NCBI GenBank assembly: GCA_045837725.1
Contig: JBEWZL010000287.1
Location: forward strand, 1 to 64,000
Source: Vermamoeba vermiformis
Lineage: Eukaryota
DNA: 64,000 nt
Direction: 5' to 3'
Below the pieces are notes generated by a model. That model searched no databases. It worked only from the letters and a program-made list of their open reading frames with translations, and was not told the origin of the DNA. Shown here piece after piece: positions 10,394-25,965 of the stretch; within the stretch, counting starts at the first letter, position 1, and each line of letters starts with the position of its first letter. A program made the translations under genes and the position numbers.

Positions 10394-11052
10394 GTTATAC
10401 CAACAATAAGGATATTGATATTATAAGAGCTTTTGTGGCAATGTAAGATGGAAATTGAATTGAAAAAATTTCGGATCGAGTTTTATCGACGCGAACACAA
10501 AAGATCACACAAATTTGATACGAAGATTAATTAATTCGCGTAATATTGATATTTTTTATCAAATTACGATGCGAGTATGAGGTGATGGCACGTGTTATAC
10601 AAAATTTGTTTTTCGGGCACAATTTCCCGTGGTTGTGCACGCTAGAGCGTATAAAATACATTCAAATAATATTATCGCCTAGTTAACGAGTATGTTTTAA
10701 ATGCATTATGTACTGAAAGCTCGAGATCTTTTGATACGGATGCAATATCCCGGGATATTAATTTTAAAAATTATTGTGATAATTATTTCCTTGAGTAGGT
10801 GTTGACATTAATACTTTAATTGACAATATCAAAATAATTTTTTGCAATATTCTGTGCGTTTTCTGAAATACGTAACTATCTCGATCTGCAACGCGTGTTG
10901 CTAATCTGTGCACTTACCTGGAACCCAGGCAAAGCTTATTTTGCCTTCATAAGAGCAATAGCGCAAGTATATTTAATCTTGTAGCAGTGTTGTATTCATT
11001 TTGCCATTCTATGGTCGTTAGGATTTTTTATTTGTAGAGCTCCGCTAATAGC

Positions 11053-12371
11053 CTACATTTCAATTCTAGTCTCGCTAACAGAGTCCTCTAATATTATTGA
11101 GTTAATTTCCTGTAATTTTTCGCCTCGGTTTTCAAACTCAACTTCCACGTGATCTTCATCGCTCAATCGAGCCACATCCGCGTCGTCAAGAATAAGTACG
11201 TTTCCATTCTTAGTCAACCTTACGATCTCATTTGGATGTCGGTCGTATTTATGTGCAATGTTTTCTTTCAACAGATCCAATGTGACTGCTCCAAACATGC
11301 GAGAACCGATCTCTACCTCGCGGAACAACGTGTCGTTCTTTTGGGCCACACGAACGGACCTGGCAAATCTCGTTCTGACTTGTGATCTGACGAACGATGA
11401 TGTGAAGCTTATACCTAGTTAGCGCATTAGTTCGTTCTTAAGGCACTAAGTACATCCGAGAGTTTACCTTGTCTTCCGTACTTGACGCAGTTTCGAACGT
11501 GATAAACCCAGGCAGTGAGATAGTCTTAGGTGTAGATCTTAGTATAGCTGTAAAAGCAGTTGGACATGACTTACCAAAAAAGGAAAGTTCATCACCGATC
11601 GACTTTAAGTATGCATCCAAAATGATCGACAAGGGTAACTATCGATAGTCATTAGCATTGACACTAATGGTCTATATTACAGGCTTACGCTGTACACGAA
11701 CAGCACTATTAAAGCAGCGTATTGCATACCAACAGCTGAGGTCAGAGAAGAGCATCTGTAGCCAAAGAGTTAATATGGTTAATATGACCATTTATAATAA
11801 TCTTATACCCCATTTCTTGATATTTGTACCAAGTCTCTCCCTATTAAACTAATCAATTTCGCGATCGCGAACGGAATCCGATCTTACTTTGAATAGAGCA
11901 ATGCTGAAGGTAAGATCCATGATAGTCGCAAAGCAAATCGCCGCTTCCACAACGATCGCAAGTCTAAGCTATATGAAAACATTAGGTGATTATTCTATTT
12001 ACTTATGATTTTGCTTACGTGTCGCAAGATCGAAGCGCTTTCTCTTTTGAATCCTAGCGCACCGATAACCAAAATTATGGCGCTACATGCTATTGACATC
12101 CCCGATAAGCCAATGATACCCGCTTTGTTGTGGAGCCAAGGAACATATTTATAGCCGTATTGATTTTCCTGAAGCCTATCGAGACATCCTTGTGTCGCTG
12201 ACGGTTGGCTCATAAAAAATAGGGTGGCCAAAGATAAACAAGCAACGACGATCTGGTAATTAAAGATATTAGCTCGATGGGGCCTGTTGAAATTTTTGAA
12301 TTTTTGGATCTGCTCCGTACCGCTTGTACAATCAGTGCGCCCTTAAAGAAGGGTTTGATATTGACGGACAT
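11053..12371 (-). CDS. Multi-pass (tetraspanin-like) membrane protein with C-terminal ubiquitin-like domain resembling the ANKRD40 C-terminus
   Basis: ATG at 12371; hydrophobic exons (IILVIGALGFKRESASILRH); last exon VRVAQKNDTLFREVEI...LLKENIAHKY...IVRLTKNGNVLILDDADVARLSDEDHVEVEF. Confidence 0.6.
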
Positions 12372-13342
12372 TAAGATATTTTGTTTACGGGGTAAGATGA
12401 TGAACTGTTAATCACGCAGAATCCAGAAAAATCAATCCGAGTACAGCTTCGTCGTTCGATCTGGTAGTCTGGCAAATCATAAATAAACCTTGATTGTTCG
12501 AGGACAGCTTTTATTTGTTATTTTTGCTTACGTCATCAACTTCCACGTCGTCCCGATGTGATTCCATTTTTGATGATTCTTTTTATCCTTTTTGGCTTAG
12601 ATATTAGTTGTTGGTGACTACAAGGCAAGCGAATGACCGATCAGCCTTGTTTCGAAAAATGCAACGTTGCAGCTTAACTATCAATCAAAAGGTTTTTGAG
12701 ACAAGGACGTGCCGGTGCAGATTTGTTTTTGCATTGTAATATTTTCATCCACATTGCTTGTTAATATGGTAAAAAAATATTTATATTATTCTCCAGCGGT
12801 TTTAACACTATATTTGATTAAAATATTGAATTACCGCTCGATTTTTAATTATTATTACAATTAATTGTCTTACCTACTCCCAGCCAACCTTGCACTTTTA
12901 TTTAGTGCTTGAAGGACTGTAATTATTTATTTGTAGTTAGAACTAATTTTGAGTTTATTCCTAGGAACGTGTTGCTCAAGTTGAGGAGTGTCCATCCGCT
13001 TTAATTGTCAATATTTCTGAATTGTAACGAATTTTTATTCGCTTGCCTATTGCGGAATGGCTGATTTTTACGAAAGATCGCAATTTCGAATCTTTACTGC
13101 GGAGAGTCGTAACATCTCTGATCCCGCGTATCAATAGACGTAGAAATTTCGACTTGTGTACGTGCATCCCTAATGTAATTGGCGTCGTCGTGGCCAAATA
13201 ATATTTGAATTCAATAACCTTGTGGAAATAAAAATTTGGTTCGTTTTACTTTTTATTCGGGTTTTGACCTTAATAAGGTTGTCTTGTGTGTACAATCGAT
13301 AAATATGAACAGTATTATATTACAACATGCGCTATAGGCATC

Positions 13343-15116
13343 TCAATAGGGTACTTCCGGAAGCTCATCGAAAATGAAGTTTTCATCGAGCGCTGACATC
13401 CCCGTTTGTGGTGAACGGATCCACAAGGTCTGTATTTGCCACAGACTCTTCCAAACTCCTTGAGAGCCGCTGAACTAACAAAGCAAGTGGATCTTGGTAG
13501 TCACTATTGTGCTGAATGCAAAATATTCTGTAGCCAGGGCAATTGACCGATAATTGTCGCGCATACGTTTCAAGCTACAATTAACGGGATAAGATAAGTA
13601 TACTAATATTATTACGACTATAGTGAAGCTTGTTTTACCTCTTGTATTCTAATGCTCGGAACACCAAACATGCTCCAATGGTATTCTGCGAAGGTTACCA
13701 TTTTGGAGGTGGCCAGATCGTGCACTTGCAAGCACTTGAATAGCCTCATAAACTGATCGCATTCTTCGTTCATTGCCAAATAGTCTCGGAAGAAGGCAAA
13801 TCTTATGGACCGCGCAATGTGGATGTACCCTTGCGAAACACTGACGAACGAGTTAAAACTGATTTTCAACACTCGAAATAACCAGCCAATAATGTAGTGT
13901 CTCACCTAGAGTTAAAGAATCTATATGTTGAGTACTTACAGCTCGAGAGAAGGACTGAAATTTCTTGCAGATTCTTCCATCAGATCGATGGCACCTAGAA
14001 GCTCTTCTCTAGTGGCACAATACGGCAAGCTAATAATAGCCTGATATCGAAGTTAGTATACATTATCATCACGTCAAGACTTTCGTATTCTGAAATAAGA
14101 CGTACCTTTGTCAAGTTGTAGATGTGGTATTGGACTTGACTCCATTTTTCAGTCAATGTCGCTATACCATTCAATCGTCTGCGCACCTGGTCTTTGGTAT
14201 CGCACACAGTAATAGCATTTAAATAATAACGCAGTTTGAGCGCGATGCTTTGAGGAATTGGCTTCGTCTCGTGGACACCCGATACTAACAGATCCATTCG
14301 GCCTTGACTACGCTGAATGCTGTATATACTCGATGCCAAGCCCTTGCTAACTTTCAAATAGTTGACGCCATTGTTATAGTCTTGTTCGAGTAAGTGTGAC
14401 AGGCCCAAATGGTGGAACCCGAGTGCTGCATCCATCGTGATACTCGACATGGCTTGTGGTAAATATTGCCTTGTTATAAATTATTAGGGATCGGTGTCAT
14501 TATTATATGCTTATTATATGATCCTACTTGGCCTGATCCATGAATAAATGACCTTGTTCGATGTGGCCCACTGCCAGAGCTGCGTATGCTGCTGTTGAAA
14601 GGACCCGAAACTTTTGTTCGGGGACTAATGTAATAAATTGAGCAAGCCTATTATGTCAAGCACGATAGTATTGCGTACCTAATGTAAGACTGGTATTTGG
14701 AAGTAAAACCGGGCACAACCGAAAATCTACTGTCTGATAATAGGCCGCGGTGAAGAAATTTATCATCATATTAACATTGGTATTATTATTGGCGAGAGTA
14801 ATGGCGCTATTGAGGCTTGGACACGAATCTACAGGGAAATTAATTATTTGAATTAAAAATTATTAATGCACACCGTACCTTGACTGGCGTATATCTGGTT
14901 TTGTTCGTGAGGTTGGTTTTGTGTTTTTATACGAAAGCCGCCTCTTGGCTTTGGTTTTTCGTAGATGCAATCCAGCTTGAATTTTGCGCATCTGGAACAA
15001 GGGGCCTCGCCATTACATCGTCTATGATTGGCCCTACAATGAGCACAGGCTTGGTTGACATACAGCCCCTTTCTTATTTTAATATTTTGAGTCGGAACGA
15101 TGGCTACCGAGTGCAT
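13343..15116 (-). CDS. Zn(II)2Cys6 binuclear-cluster transcription factor; multi-exon
   Basis: ACAHCRANHRRCNGEAPCSRCAKFKLDCIY motif, helical middle exons, acidic tail ending DELPEVPY*. Confidence 0.8.
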
Positions 15117-15275
15117 CTGACCGTGATTGCTTGTCTTTCGTCGAGTTTGACCGATTATGTGCAATTAACTATTTCATTCGTAAAAGAACACGAAATATGT
15201 TGAAAAACTCACAATTTCAATGTTTTACGGTTGTCACTTTTTGTATTCAAGATTTCGTTTCGCGTTAGAAGCCCA

Positions 15276-15465
15276 AAAGGGAAATAGAATAGAATAGAAT
15301 AGAATTTTTATTTGTTTTGGCGAAAAGTATTACAGGTACGGAGCGGTACGGTCAGGGAGTTCAACCCTTCTGTCAAAACGCCGAGACGCTAGGGCCAGGT
15401 CCGGTCTGAAGTCGTCCAGTGGTAACTTAATCCCCGCGGAGTCTCTTCGTAAAGGGAAAATAGAA
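15276..15465 (-). mobile_element. Short (~170 bp) retro-insertion: 3' end of a related LINE or a SINE, with (ATTCT)n tail and TSD
   Basis: (AATAG)n at ~15283-15305; AAAGGGAAA repeated at 15276-15284 and 15451-15459. Shares blocks GAATTTTTATTT, CGAAAAG, GAGCGGTAC, GGGAGTTCAACCC, CAAAACG, AACTTAATC in the same order with the LINE 3' UTR at 961-1100. Confidence 0.8.
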
Positions 15466-16077
15466 ACGGCAAAATAACAATATGACTTATTCCAGAATAA
15501 TTATCTTATGTTGATAAGAGATGCTAACAGGTGTAACAGTCCGAACTGTAAATCATATGGTGTGTCAACATTCTGTTTCGGTCCTATTAATTATAGTATG
15601 GGCTTAGAATTAAGTTTCATTCAATCACTGCATTATATCGCGATCCAACACGATAATTAATTAGAAATTTTCATTAATTTTGCTTGCTGGACTTTGATGT
15701 AGTGATTTTAAATGAATCAAATCTAAGCCCACCCCCCATTTTAAAAATCAATTTTCAGACTGTTACATGTATCTCGGTTAATCTCCCGCTTCGAGATTGT
15801 TGATTATACAAATATCGCTTAATTGCTTTAAAATGAGATAATAGTATAATATTATTGCACAAAGTGGTACCGATGAATGTTTCGCACGGCTAAAAATTAA
15901 ATAGCAGTTTTGGGTTGTCAAATTTCCAGCGTGAAAAAGTGATTTAAAATTTAAACAGTTTCTGAAAGGTAGCACATTATTTAATCTTCGAATCGTTGCC
16001 CTTCAGTAAACACACAAGTTCTTTCATTTTGCAGTTTGCGTTGCTAAACGTACGAAGAGGACTTGGATTTTGAAGCG

Positions 16078-18556
<2,479 letters not shown>

Positions 18557-18865
18557 TAATATATAATTATACAAGAGTAATAACTATACGAGAATGATAT
18601 TAATACGAGAGCATTAGTATCAGGTCGTGTTATTATTCAATTCTTTTTGTACAATTTTTCTTATTTCTCATAATAAAGTAAACGTCGCATCGTTAAATTA
18701 AATAAGAATAATAATCATATATATATGTAATTATTTGATGATACATTATTGAATTTTTACTCAAAGAATTAACTTTTTTATTCTTTTTCCGCTTATTCTT
18801 CGTTACTCCTTTTCCTTCAAACGCAAAATCAATTCTTTTATTTAACACTGCGAGTCAATACCATT

Positions 18866-21800
18866 ATGGAGGGGCATAGTATCCGTATAATGGATAATCT
18901 TGACAATCCAAACGACAATCTGGCTCAACAGCTCCTCGATAGCGAATTCAGCTACGAAGAAATGCTAGATCTGCTGTCTGGAAATGAAGTCGGCACTGAA
19001 CATACTACGGATAATTTGAATATGTAAGTATCGCGTATTCAGTTTGAAAAATTAGATTAATTTTAATTAATTCCTTTTAGGGTTCCAGTTGTCAAAGTGA
19101 TCCGACCGAAAAGTTTAGGCACTAGATTGCCTGGTACGCATTAATATTTTGGATTAAATTCAAGGAGTACTAATTTAATTATTATAAATAGAGGAAGAAA
19201 GAAGAAATAGATTGTTGAAGTTGCCAGATCTCCAAGTTAATGAAATTCTTTTGAAGACGAGAAGTGAATATTATTTTTTCATATCAATACACGCCGAACT
19301 GGGCATTAAAGTGATCAAAAATAGAGCTCGAGAGCCACAAAAGATGATGAAAATTATTGAAGAATTCTCCGACAAGCGAGGCACATTTTTTAAACTCAAA
19401 CACGCTTCACTCACGCAGACGCATTATTTATTTGAATTCTTCGAAAAAAATACGAGCGGATCTGCTGAGCGCCATCCCAGTCAGAACTTTTCTCATCAAA
19501 ATGGTTAAGCCAGCGAACAACAACAATATTCCTCAGCCTATTGAATATGAAGAGGAAGAGTACCTACAAATTAAGCGACAAAAAACTCACGCTGAAGATC
19601 TGCCAGTCCAACCAGTTGTCGGATCCTACCCGGATCCAGTGTTGCCAGTGTACTCAGAGAACAACACTAATCAACAGCACTACCCTAATAACAACAATCC
19701 CGACGACTTCTCACCTGATGACTTTATAATGTCGGATTATACTGCCTTTCAAGGTCTCAACTTGGGCTACGAACCGACCCCTTCGAGCGGATCCGTTCAA
19801 GAAGTCACGACTTTTGCACCAGCCACTGCGTTAGTGACAGATGCAGTGCCTTATATTCATCCTCATGATTACAATCAAAACGGCCCTGTGAATGCGGAAC
19901 AACAATTGCCGGTGCAACTTGAAAAGGCTAAGCGCAACGGATTCCCGCCAAAGAAAGGTCCAGTGATTGACCAATCAGCGCTGCTGCAAGAAATCGGACT
20001 GAAATTACAAGAAAAACGTGTGCTTATCATTCACGGCGTGTCTGGCGTCGGCAAATCGACTTTAGCCTCGGTACGTACATTTCGTCCAAACCTTCATTTG
20101 ACACGTGTCACTCGAAATATTTTTCACGTGTCATTGTACAATATTTGTTTGACACTTTGACACGTGGTTAATGATGTATATTTGCATGACACCTTTTAGC
20201 ATAGTCAGTCTGGATACGTACTTACGTTGCCTTTTTAGGAGTATGGATATATGCCTCGACCAAGCCAGAGCCAGTACAAATTTGCCGTGTGGATCGATTG
20301 CAAAACTGAAAAAACGTTGATGAGCAGCTTCACTCGCATCGCAAAGTTCCTTAGCATTAACGAACCAGATGGAGACCGAGAAGTTCAAGTGGTGCTAGAA
20401 ACACTTCAAAATAGCAATTGTCTAGTTATATATGACAACTGTAATGGCGACATGGTGGACACTGTGTTCGACAGTTTTTTTCCAAACGATCCGGATCCGA
20501 GCCACGTGATCATTACCACGCAATTACCGCAGTCAAAATGGATCGTAGAGAAGATGGAAGTAGCTCATATGACCGTAGAAAACTATCCTGAAGCTCACAT
20601 ATTGCAGTACATATTGGAAGTGTTGCGGATCCACGATCCGACACAAGAAACCTTGACCGCGGCTATCGATATCATCAAGGAATACAAAAGCTTTACGCTG
20701 TTGATGTCTCTGATCCCACAATATATTCGCATGGAAGATTCAACACTGATAGAATTCATGCGCAAGTATCGAGATCTGTTCGTCACTATGGCACCATTGA
20801 ACGTGGCACGAGAAGACATACCACTCAAAATGATTATAGACTCGTTAAATCTCAAGTGCAAGATGTTCTTGCGATTGTTATCGTTCATGAACTCGTTGGC
20901 TGGCATTCATTTTTTCACTGAATCCGCGTTCTTTGTCGAAGATCAACTTAGCAACACAAAATTCTCAGAATTGAAGAGAGGAGTGTCCAAATTAAGAAAT
21001 TTATCGCTTATCGAGTTCTTTGACGATGGTCAAGCAGTGAAGATTGGACATGAATGGATCGAACATTACTTGCTCAGATCTACGACAGATAACGATATCC
21101 AGTTGATATATGAAAACTGGCATTTATTATTCAATGGTCTGATTCATGTGGAAAGAGCTAAATATGAAATTGGCGACGTTTTTACATCGTTATTGAAACA
21201 CGTGCAAAAAGACACCGAACACCCACACGTGAAAGAGCTATTTCTCAACGCAGTGACGGACAATCTTGTCAATTGGACTTCACCAAAGCCACCTCAATTA
21301 TACGTCAATATCCTCAGAGACTTGCCAAATATATCTTTGCAACAATTTATCATCCGCGGAGTCACGCACAACGACGAAGATAAACTCAAGCGCGTATTAG
21401 AGCACTATCGCATGGAAAATATTGAAGACCATCTGCACGTGATAATAGCGTCTTTTTACTACGCGAGAATGCTTTCAGTGAAAGGCGAATTCAACGAATC
21501 GTTGCAACTGCTGTACAGGTGTCAAACGTACATGTCACGGTACATGGATCCGAAACACGTTTTTTGTCAGAATGTCTACAGAGAATACGCACTAGCTTTA
21601 TATCATACCGGCCAATATCAAGAAACAATCGACGTACTAACTACGTGCCATCACATGCGCATTAAGGACGATACGAAATGTTACTTAGGACTCGCGAAAT
21701 TTCACCTGAATGACATTATTGGCGCATGGAAAATTCTCAAAGAGTACATAATCGACACTATACACCTGCGCAATAGGTGTGATTTGCATATAATTTCAAT

Positions 21801-22116
21801 GCGAGAAGGCCTGGCGACATTACTGCAGTGCGAAATAATGCTTAATACGCCGTTCCCAAGTATTCTTCATCAAGACGCTGAAATGCAACTCCATCAAGCG
21901 ATTCATATCGCACAAACGCTATATAATACTCACCATCACTTGTTTCAGAGGCAACAGATCGTAGTCAATCAACAAACGTTCTCGATAGGTCAATTCGACG
22001 ACGAACCAGTGCAGCAGTACACAGCGATTGAGTTTCAAGGAAGAATGATTGTTATTTATAGAGTGGCGCAAGTGAGCAAATGGTGCATATTGTACGTCAA
22101 CAACTTCATTTTCTGA
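18866..22116 (+). CDS. NB-ARC (STAND) ATPase with TPR-like helical repeats, NLR-like; 3' end uncertain
   Basis: Walker A GVSGVGKST, RNBS-A-like FAVWIDC, Walker B LVIYDN, HVIITTQ; TPR-like helices (LALYHTGQYQETIDVL); 5' exons from ATG 18866. Confidence 0.75.
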
Positions 22117-22520
22117 AAGCTTGGCTTAGTACCAGGATCCGTAATATAAATGCTCGTTTTAGAGGTGCTTAATATTCCTTCATTGACATATGAGGTTTCA
22201 TAACACTGATGGAAGTGGATGTGCGTGAAAATAAAACTAGTTTTAGCACTTTGAACGGCACCCTGTTCGACCCGAAGTGCAAAGACTCTTCATCCAAGTA
22301 AGGCAACCGCGTGCCAGTTCGAAAATGCATTCTTCTCTTTTCTTCGGATAAACGACAATACTTCATTTTGAATCAGTCCTACCATCCTGCCATTTGCTCG
22401 ATACTCTCTCGCTTTGATCCAGATGGATTTGGAAAATAGTATTTATTCTTTACTTAGTGGACAGTCCCGCAGTATGATTGTACGAAGAATAAAATATTTT
22501 GAGCGCAACTAAAACTACGC

Positions 22521-24556
22521 CTAGTTGTTGACGACAGAGTACGAAGCACGTCTGCCACGGAAGCGAACGAAGAGGAAGTAACCCACGGCACCGAGCACCA
22601 AGACACCGATCACTAAGAACATGCCTCCCACGAACGCGCCGCCGGCAAAAGGAACGTCTGTAATAAGACGAATCAGTATTTGTTTGCTTTTGCAACGAGA
22701 TCCAGATCCGTTTTTAGGGGTACTTACGGCACTTTTGGCTGTCCATAACACGGTTGCTTTCAGGGCATTGGTCGCCTTGGAAGTTAATGTCAATGCACGT
22801 GTTAGAAGTCTCGCACCATGCGCAAGGATCGCCCGGAATGCCTGCAAATAAGATACGTTTTTTTAGTCCGTTTAAACGTGTCACTTTATGATATGTCAGA
22901 CGTACCAGAGCAAGCTTGGCAAGAGGTTCTGACGTTGCATTGCTTAGGGTCTGTCGGGCACGTGTGAGCGACACCTTCACCGCAGCCAACAATGTCGATG
23001 TCAATGCACTTTTGCATGCTCGAGCACCAGCCACAATCGACCGAGCTCAGTCCCGGGACATGCAGCTAGAGCAGTCTTGGGACTCCTCGCAGAATTTCTC
23101 TGTTATGCATCATTAATACACTATAATCTACCATTATAGAGGCATTCTATTGGCTAATCTCGACCAACTAGATCCGGTCGTGATCCGCAGTTGATCCGAA
23201 AAGCCTTTTGTTCGTAAACTGTAGTAATGTTATATGTAGACTTACCGCAAGAAAGAGCGCGTCTCAAGCAAGTGCTGTTGTCCATCCTCGTGCAAGAGGG
23301 AATGCCTCCGTCAATGCACCAGTCGCAGGCATCGTCAGCCTTGCAAGAAGTGCAAGTGTGGTACTTGTCGCACGCTAGTTACAAAGTCGTAAGTAAGCTG
23401 GTACGTACTATTCAAAAACTTCACTAAGACTGAATGGGAGTAGTGTTGCCGGATGTGACAAGACGTTTCGAGGTAAACTTGAGCTATGAACGAATACTTA
23501 CGGCACTTGTCAGTGACACAGCCAGTATTGTTGGCAGTGACAGCTGAGCAGAGGCCAGTCTGGGGGCACCAAGCACAGAGCGTAGAACCGTGGCTCAAAC
23601 ATTCACCGCAGCTGCTGTATTGAGCGCACTCTGTACACGAGTCATAGCATTAGTTTCATACAATACTTTGGAAGTATATTAAAGCCGGCGGCTATAATAT
23701 AATGGTACTTACGACAGGTGTCAGTCTTTTGACAGTTAATAGGGGCTTGGTTGCCAATGTGATGGCACGAGCCTTTGCCGCCGTTTCCGTTCTGGCAGTA
23801 GAAACAATCGCCAGGGAAGTTGAGGCAATCGCGGCAAGTTTGCAAATTCTCGCAGTCTATTAGTAAAGGAATTAATTCGAATAAATACGATAAATTTATC
23901 GGAGCCAAACTCCGCACATCTGTCAAGGTGATACATCTTAACAATTTAAACTAATCGTTGCAATTGTAACTATTTATCGTTAAATTGAAATTTAATAATT
24001 AATTAGCACGATGATTAGGAAAAGTTATGCGACTATTTCGATCTACGCAAAAACTCAGTAGTAGCTACTTACGATGGCATTGGCCATACTCCCAAGTAAC
24101 TAAGCACTTAGCTCCATTGGCAGGACCAAAAGCATTGCCTTCCATACAAGTCTATTCATGAAACGATTCATTAGATCCTGTTGATCGAGCGCGTCAAAAT
24201 AATAAGACTTACTTCAGTGGCAGCGCACCAACCACAAGTAGTAATATCAGTACATGTCACGCATGTGTTATATTGGCCGCAAGGGTTAACCTGCAATTCA
24301 GTGCTGGTAATGCCTGCCCACAAATTAATTTTAGATGCGAAAATATTTTACGTAAAATTGTAAGAACTAAAATATAAACAGATCGTGACAAGCGATTATA
24401 GAAATAATTATAAACGCGATCAAATTATTGATAATTTTATACAAAAAGCAAAAAAGATTTTGTCATTAGATCGTGTCTTTTATCAATTGCAAACTTACCG
24501 TTGATCAAAGTGACGATCGCGACCGACAATAATAAAACTTTAGTAATAAGACCCAT
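22521..24556 (-). CDS. Type I membrane glycoprotein with tandem PSI-like Cys-rich repeats and a CD164/porimin-like TM-tail; frameshift/stop at ~23047 as assembled
   Basis: Signal peptide MGLITKVLLLSVAIV; repeated CxxxxxCxxC...CxWC modules; TM FAGGAFVGGMFLVIG; tail YSVV. Confidence 0.75.
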
Positions 24557-24652
24557 TGTGGTAACAAATCTTTAAACAAAACGAACTAAATTTATTGTCA
24601 AAAAACTGGACTTAACCTCGATCCACCTTTGACACTTGAACAATGACACGTG

Positions 24653-25584
24653 TCAACATGAAGGCGCACTAGGAACACCCGCAATGTTAGGAGGAGTAAA
24701 TCTATATTGATCGGTCGATGTATCTTGAGCGCCTAACAAAGACTGGCTGCAAGTGCATTGTTGATAAAATTTCTTCGTCAGATAAACTGAGCCAGCAGAG
24801 GGAATTTGGGCCGGATAAGTGAAATGCACGGTCACACCAGACGGAAGATGCACGTCAATAGGGAAATTAGTTGAATAGAGCGTTGTCGTGTAGGTCTGAT
24901 CCGTTCGGATTCGGATGGTGCACGGCGAGTCATCGTTCGTTACAAATTCATCTAATTGATATATAGTCGATGGATGGCTGAGATTGGAACTGAAATATGA
25001 TGCACCAATATTAAGACTGACATTCAAAGTATTCACACCGTCATAGAGGTACCCTAATGTTTTCATAATATTAACCAAAATTAACTATGTCTACCTTATT
25101 TAAAATTATATTAAGTACCTGTCATGAACAATGGATCAATAGTGAGTGATTGCAGAGTTTTCGACGAGTATTTGAACAATGTAGCGGAAGTAGGTTCAAT
25201 GTTCGAGTTCAAGAAATATTCAGGACTAGAATCGCAGTAATTCTTCAAATGTCCGATCAAATACGCGTACGTCGTATTGCTATAGCCTATTGTTCACTTT
25301 TTTAGCAAAATTTTGAAGCAGATCAGTCGCTTACCGTAGTTTTGGTTTGAGACGGAAAAAGCTTGGATCGAGAGCGTGTAGCAGTGAGTAGTATCAGTGA
25401 GGTTCACATAACCATCTGCAGTGCCACTAGGAGCACTAAAGAAGGTGATAGTCGTTACGGTCTCTCTAAAGGGCACAACCAAGTTTTGATTCGCTGGATC
25501 TAAACACGGATCTGAATTGTTGCACGAACAATCCCGCAAACAAAACAACAATAGTAACACGACTAAATATTTCGTGTGAATCAT
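24653..25584 (-). CDS. Secreted hypothetical protein (Cys/Ser/Thr-rich), about 3 exons
   Basis: Signal peptide MIHTKYLVVLLLLFCL; open exons at ~25336-25584, ~25119-25226 and 24653-~25050. Confidence 0.6.
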
Positions 25585-25965
25585 AATGACGATTTGTTGT
25601 ATTATCATGCAGATGTAAATTAATAAAAATCAAAATTGACGCAGCTTTTAACGCTACTAGCGGCACACTGCCAAAAAAATCTAATAAAATTCGTTGTAGT
25701 ATTTAATGCCACGAGTCATGATCTAAATCGAAAGGTAACGCCAATTTTTAAAATGGATTTATCAAAAATTTCGATCAGTAAAATTACCTTTCCGTTTGTA
25801 AAGCCAACCACCATCTAGCACTACATAACTATTCTTGTATTATTAGATTTGCCTATTGAGTCCAACAAAATGAGGTACCGAACACGACGATTTAAAAATT
25901 TAACACGGTTCAGCCGTTGAGAGAGCTTTCAATTTAATATTTTGCATGATATAATAACTACAACA

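Noticed and set aside
12960-13200. Possible small degraded plus-strand coding segment
   Set aside because: In-frame stop, no convincing motif or start; cannot be supported without a search.
19504-19513. Apparent 10-nt GT-AG micro-intron or frameshift in the NB-ARC gene
   Set aside because: A more conventional 34-nt intron (19480-19513) restores the same frame, so no exotic explanation is needed.
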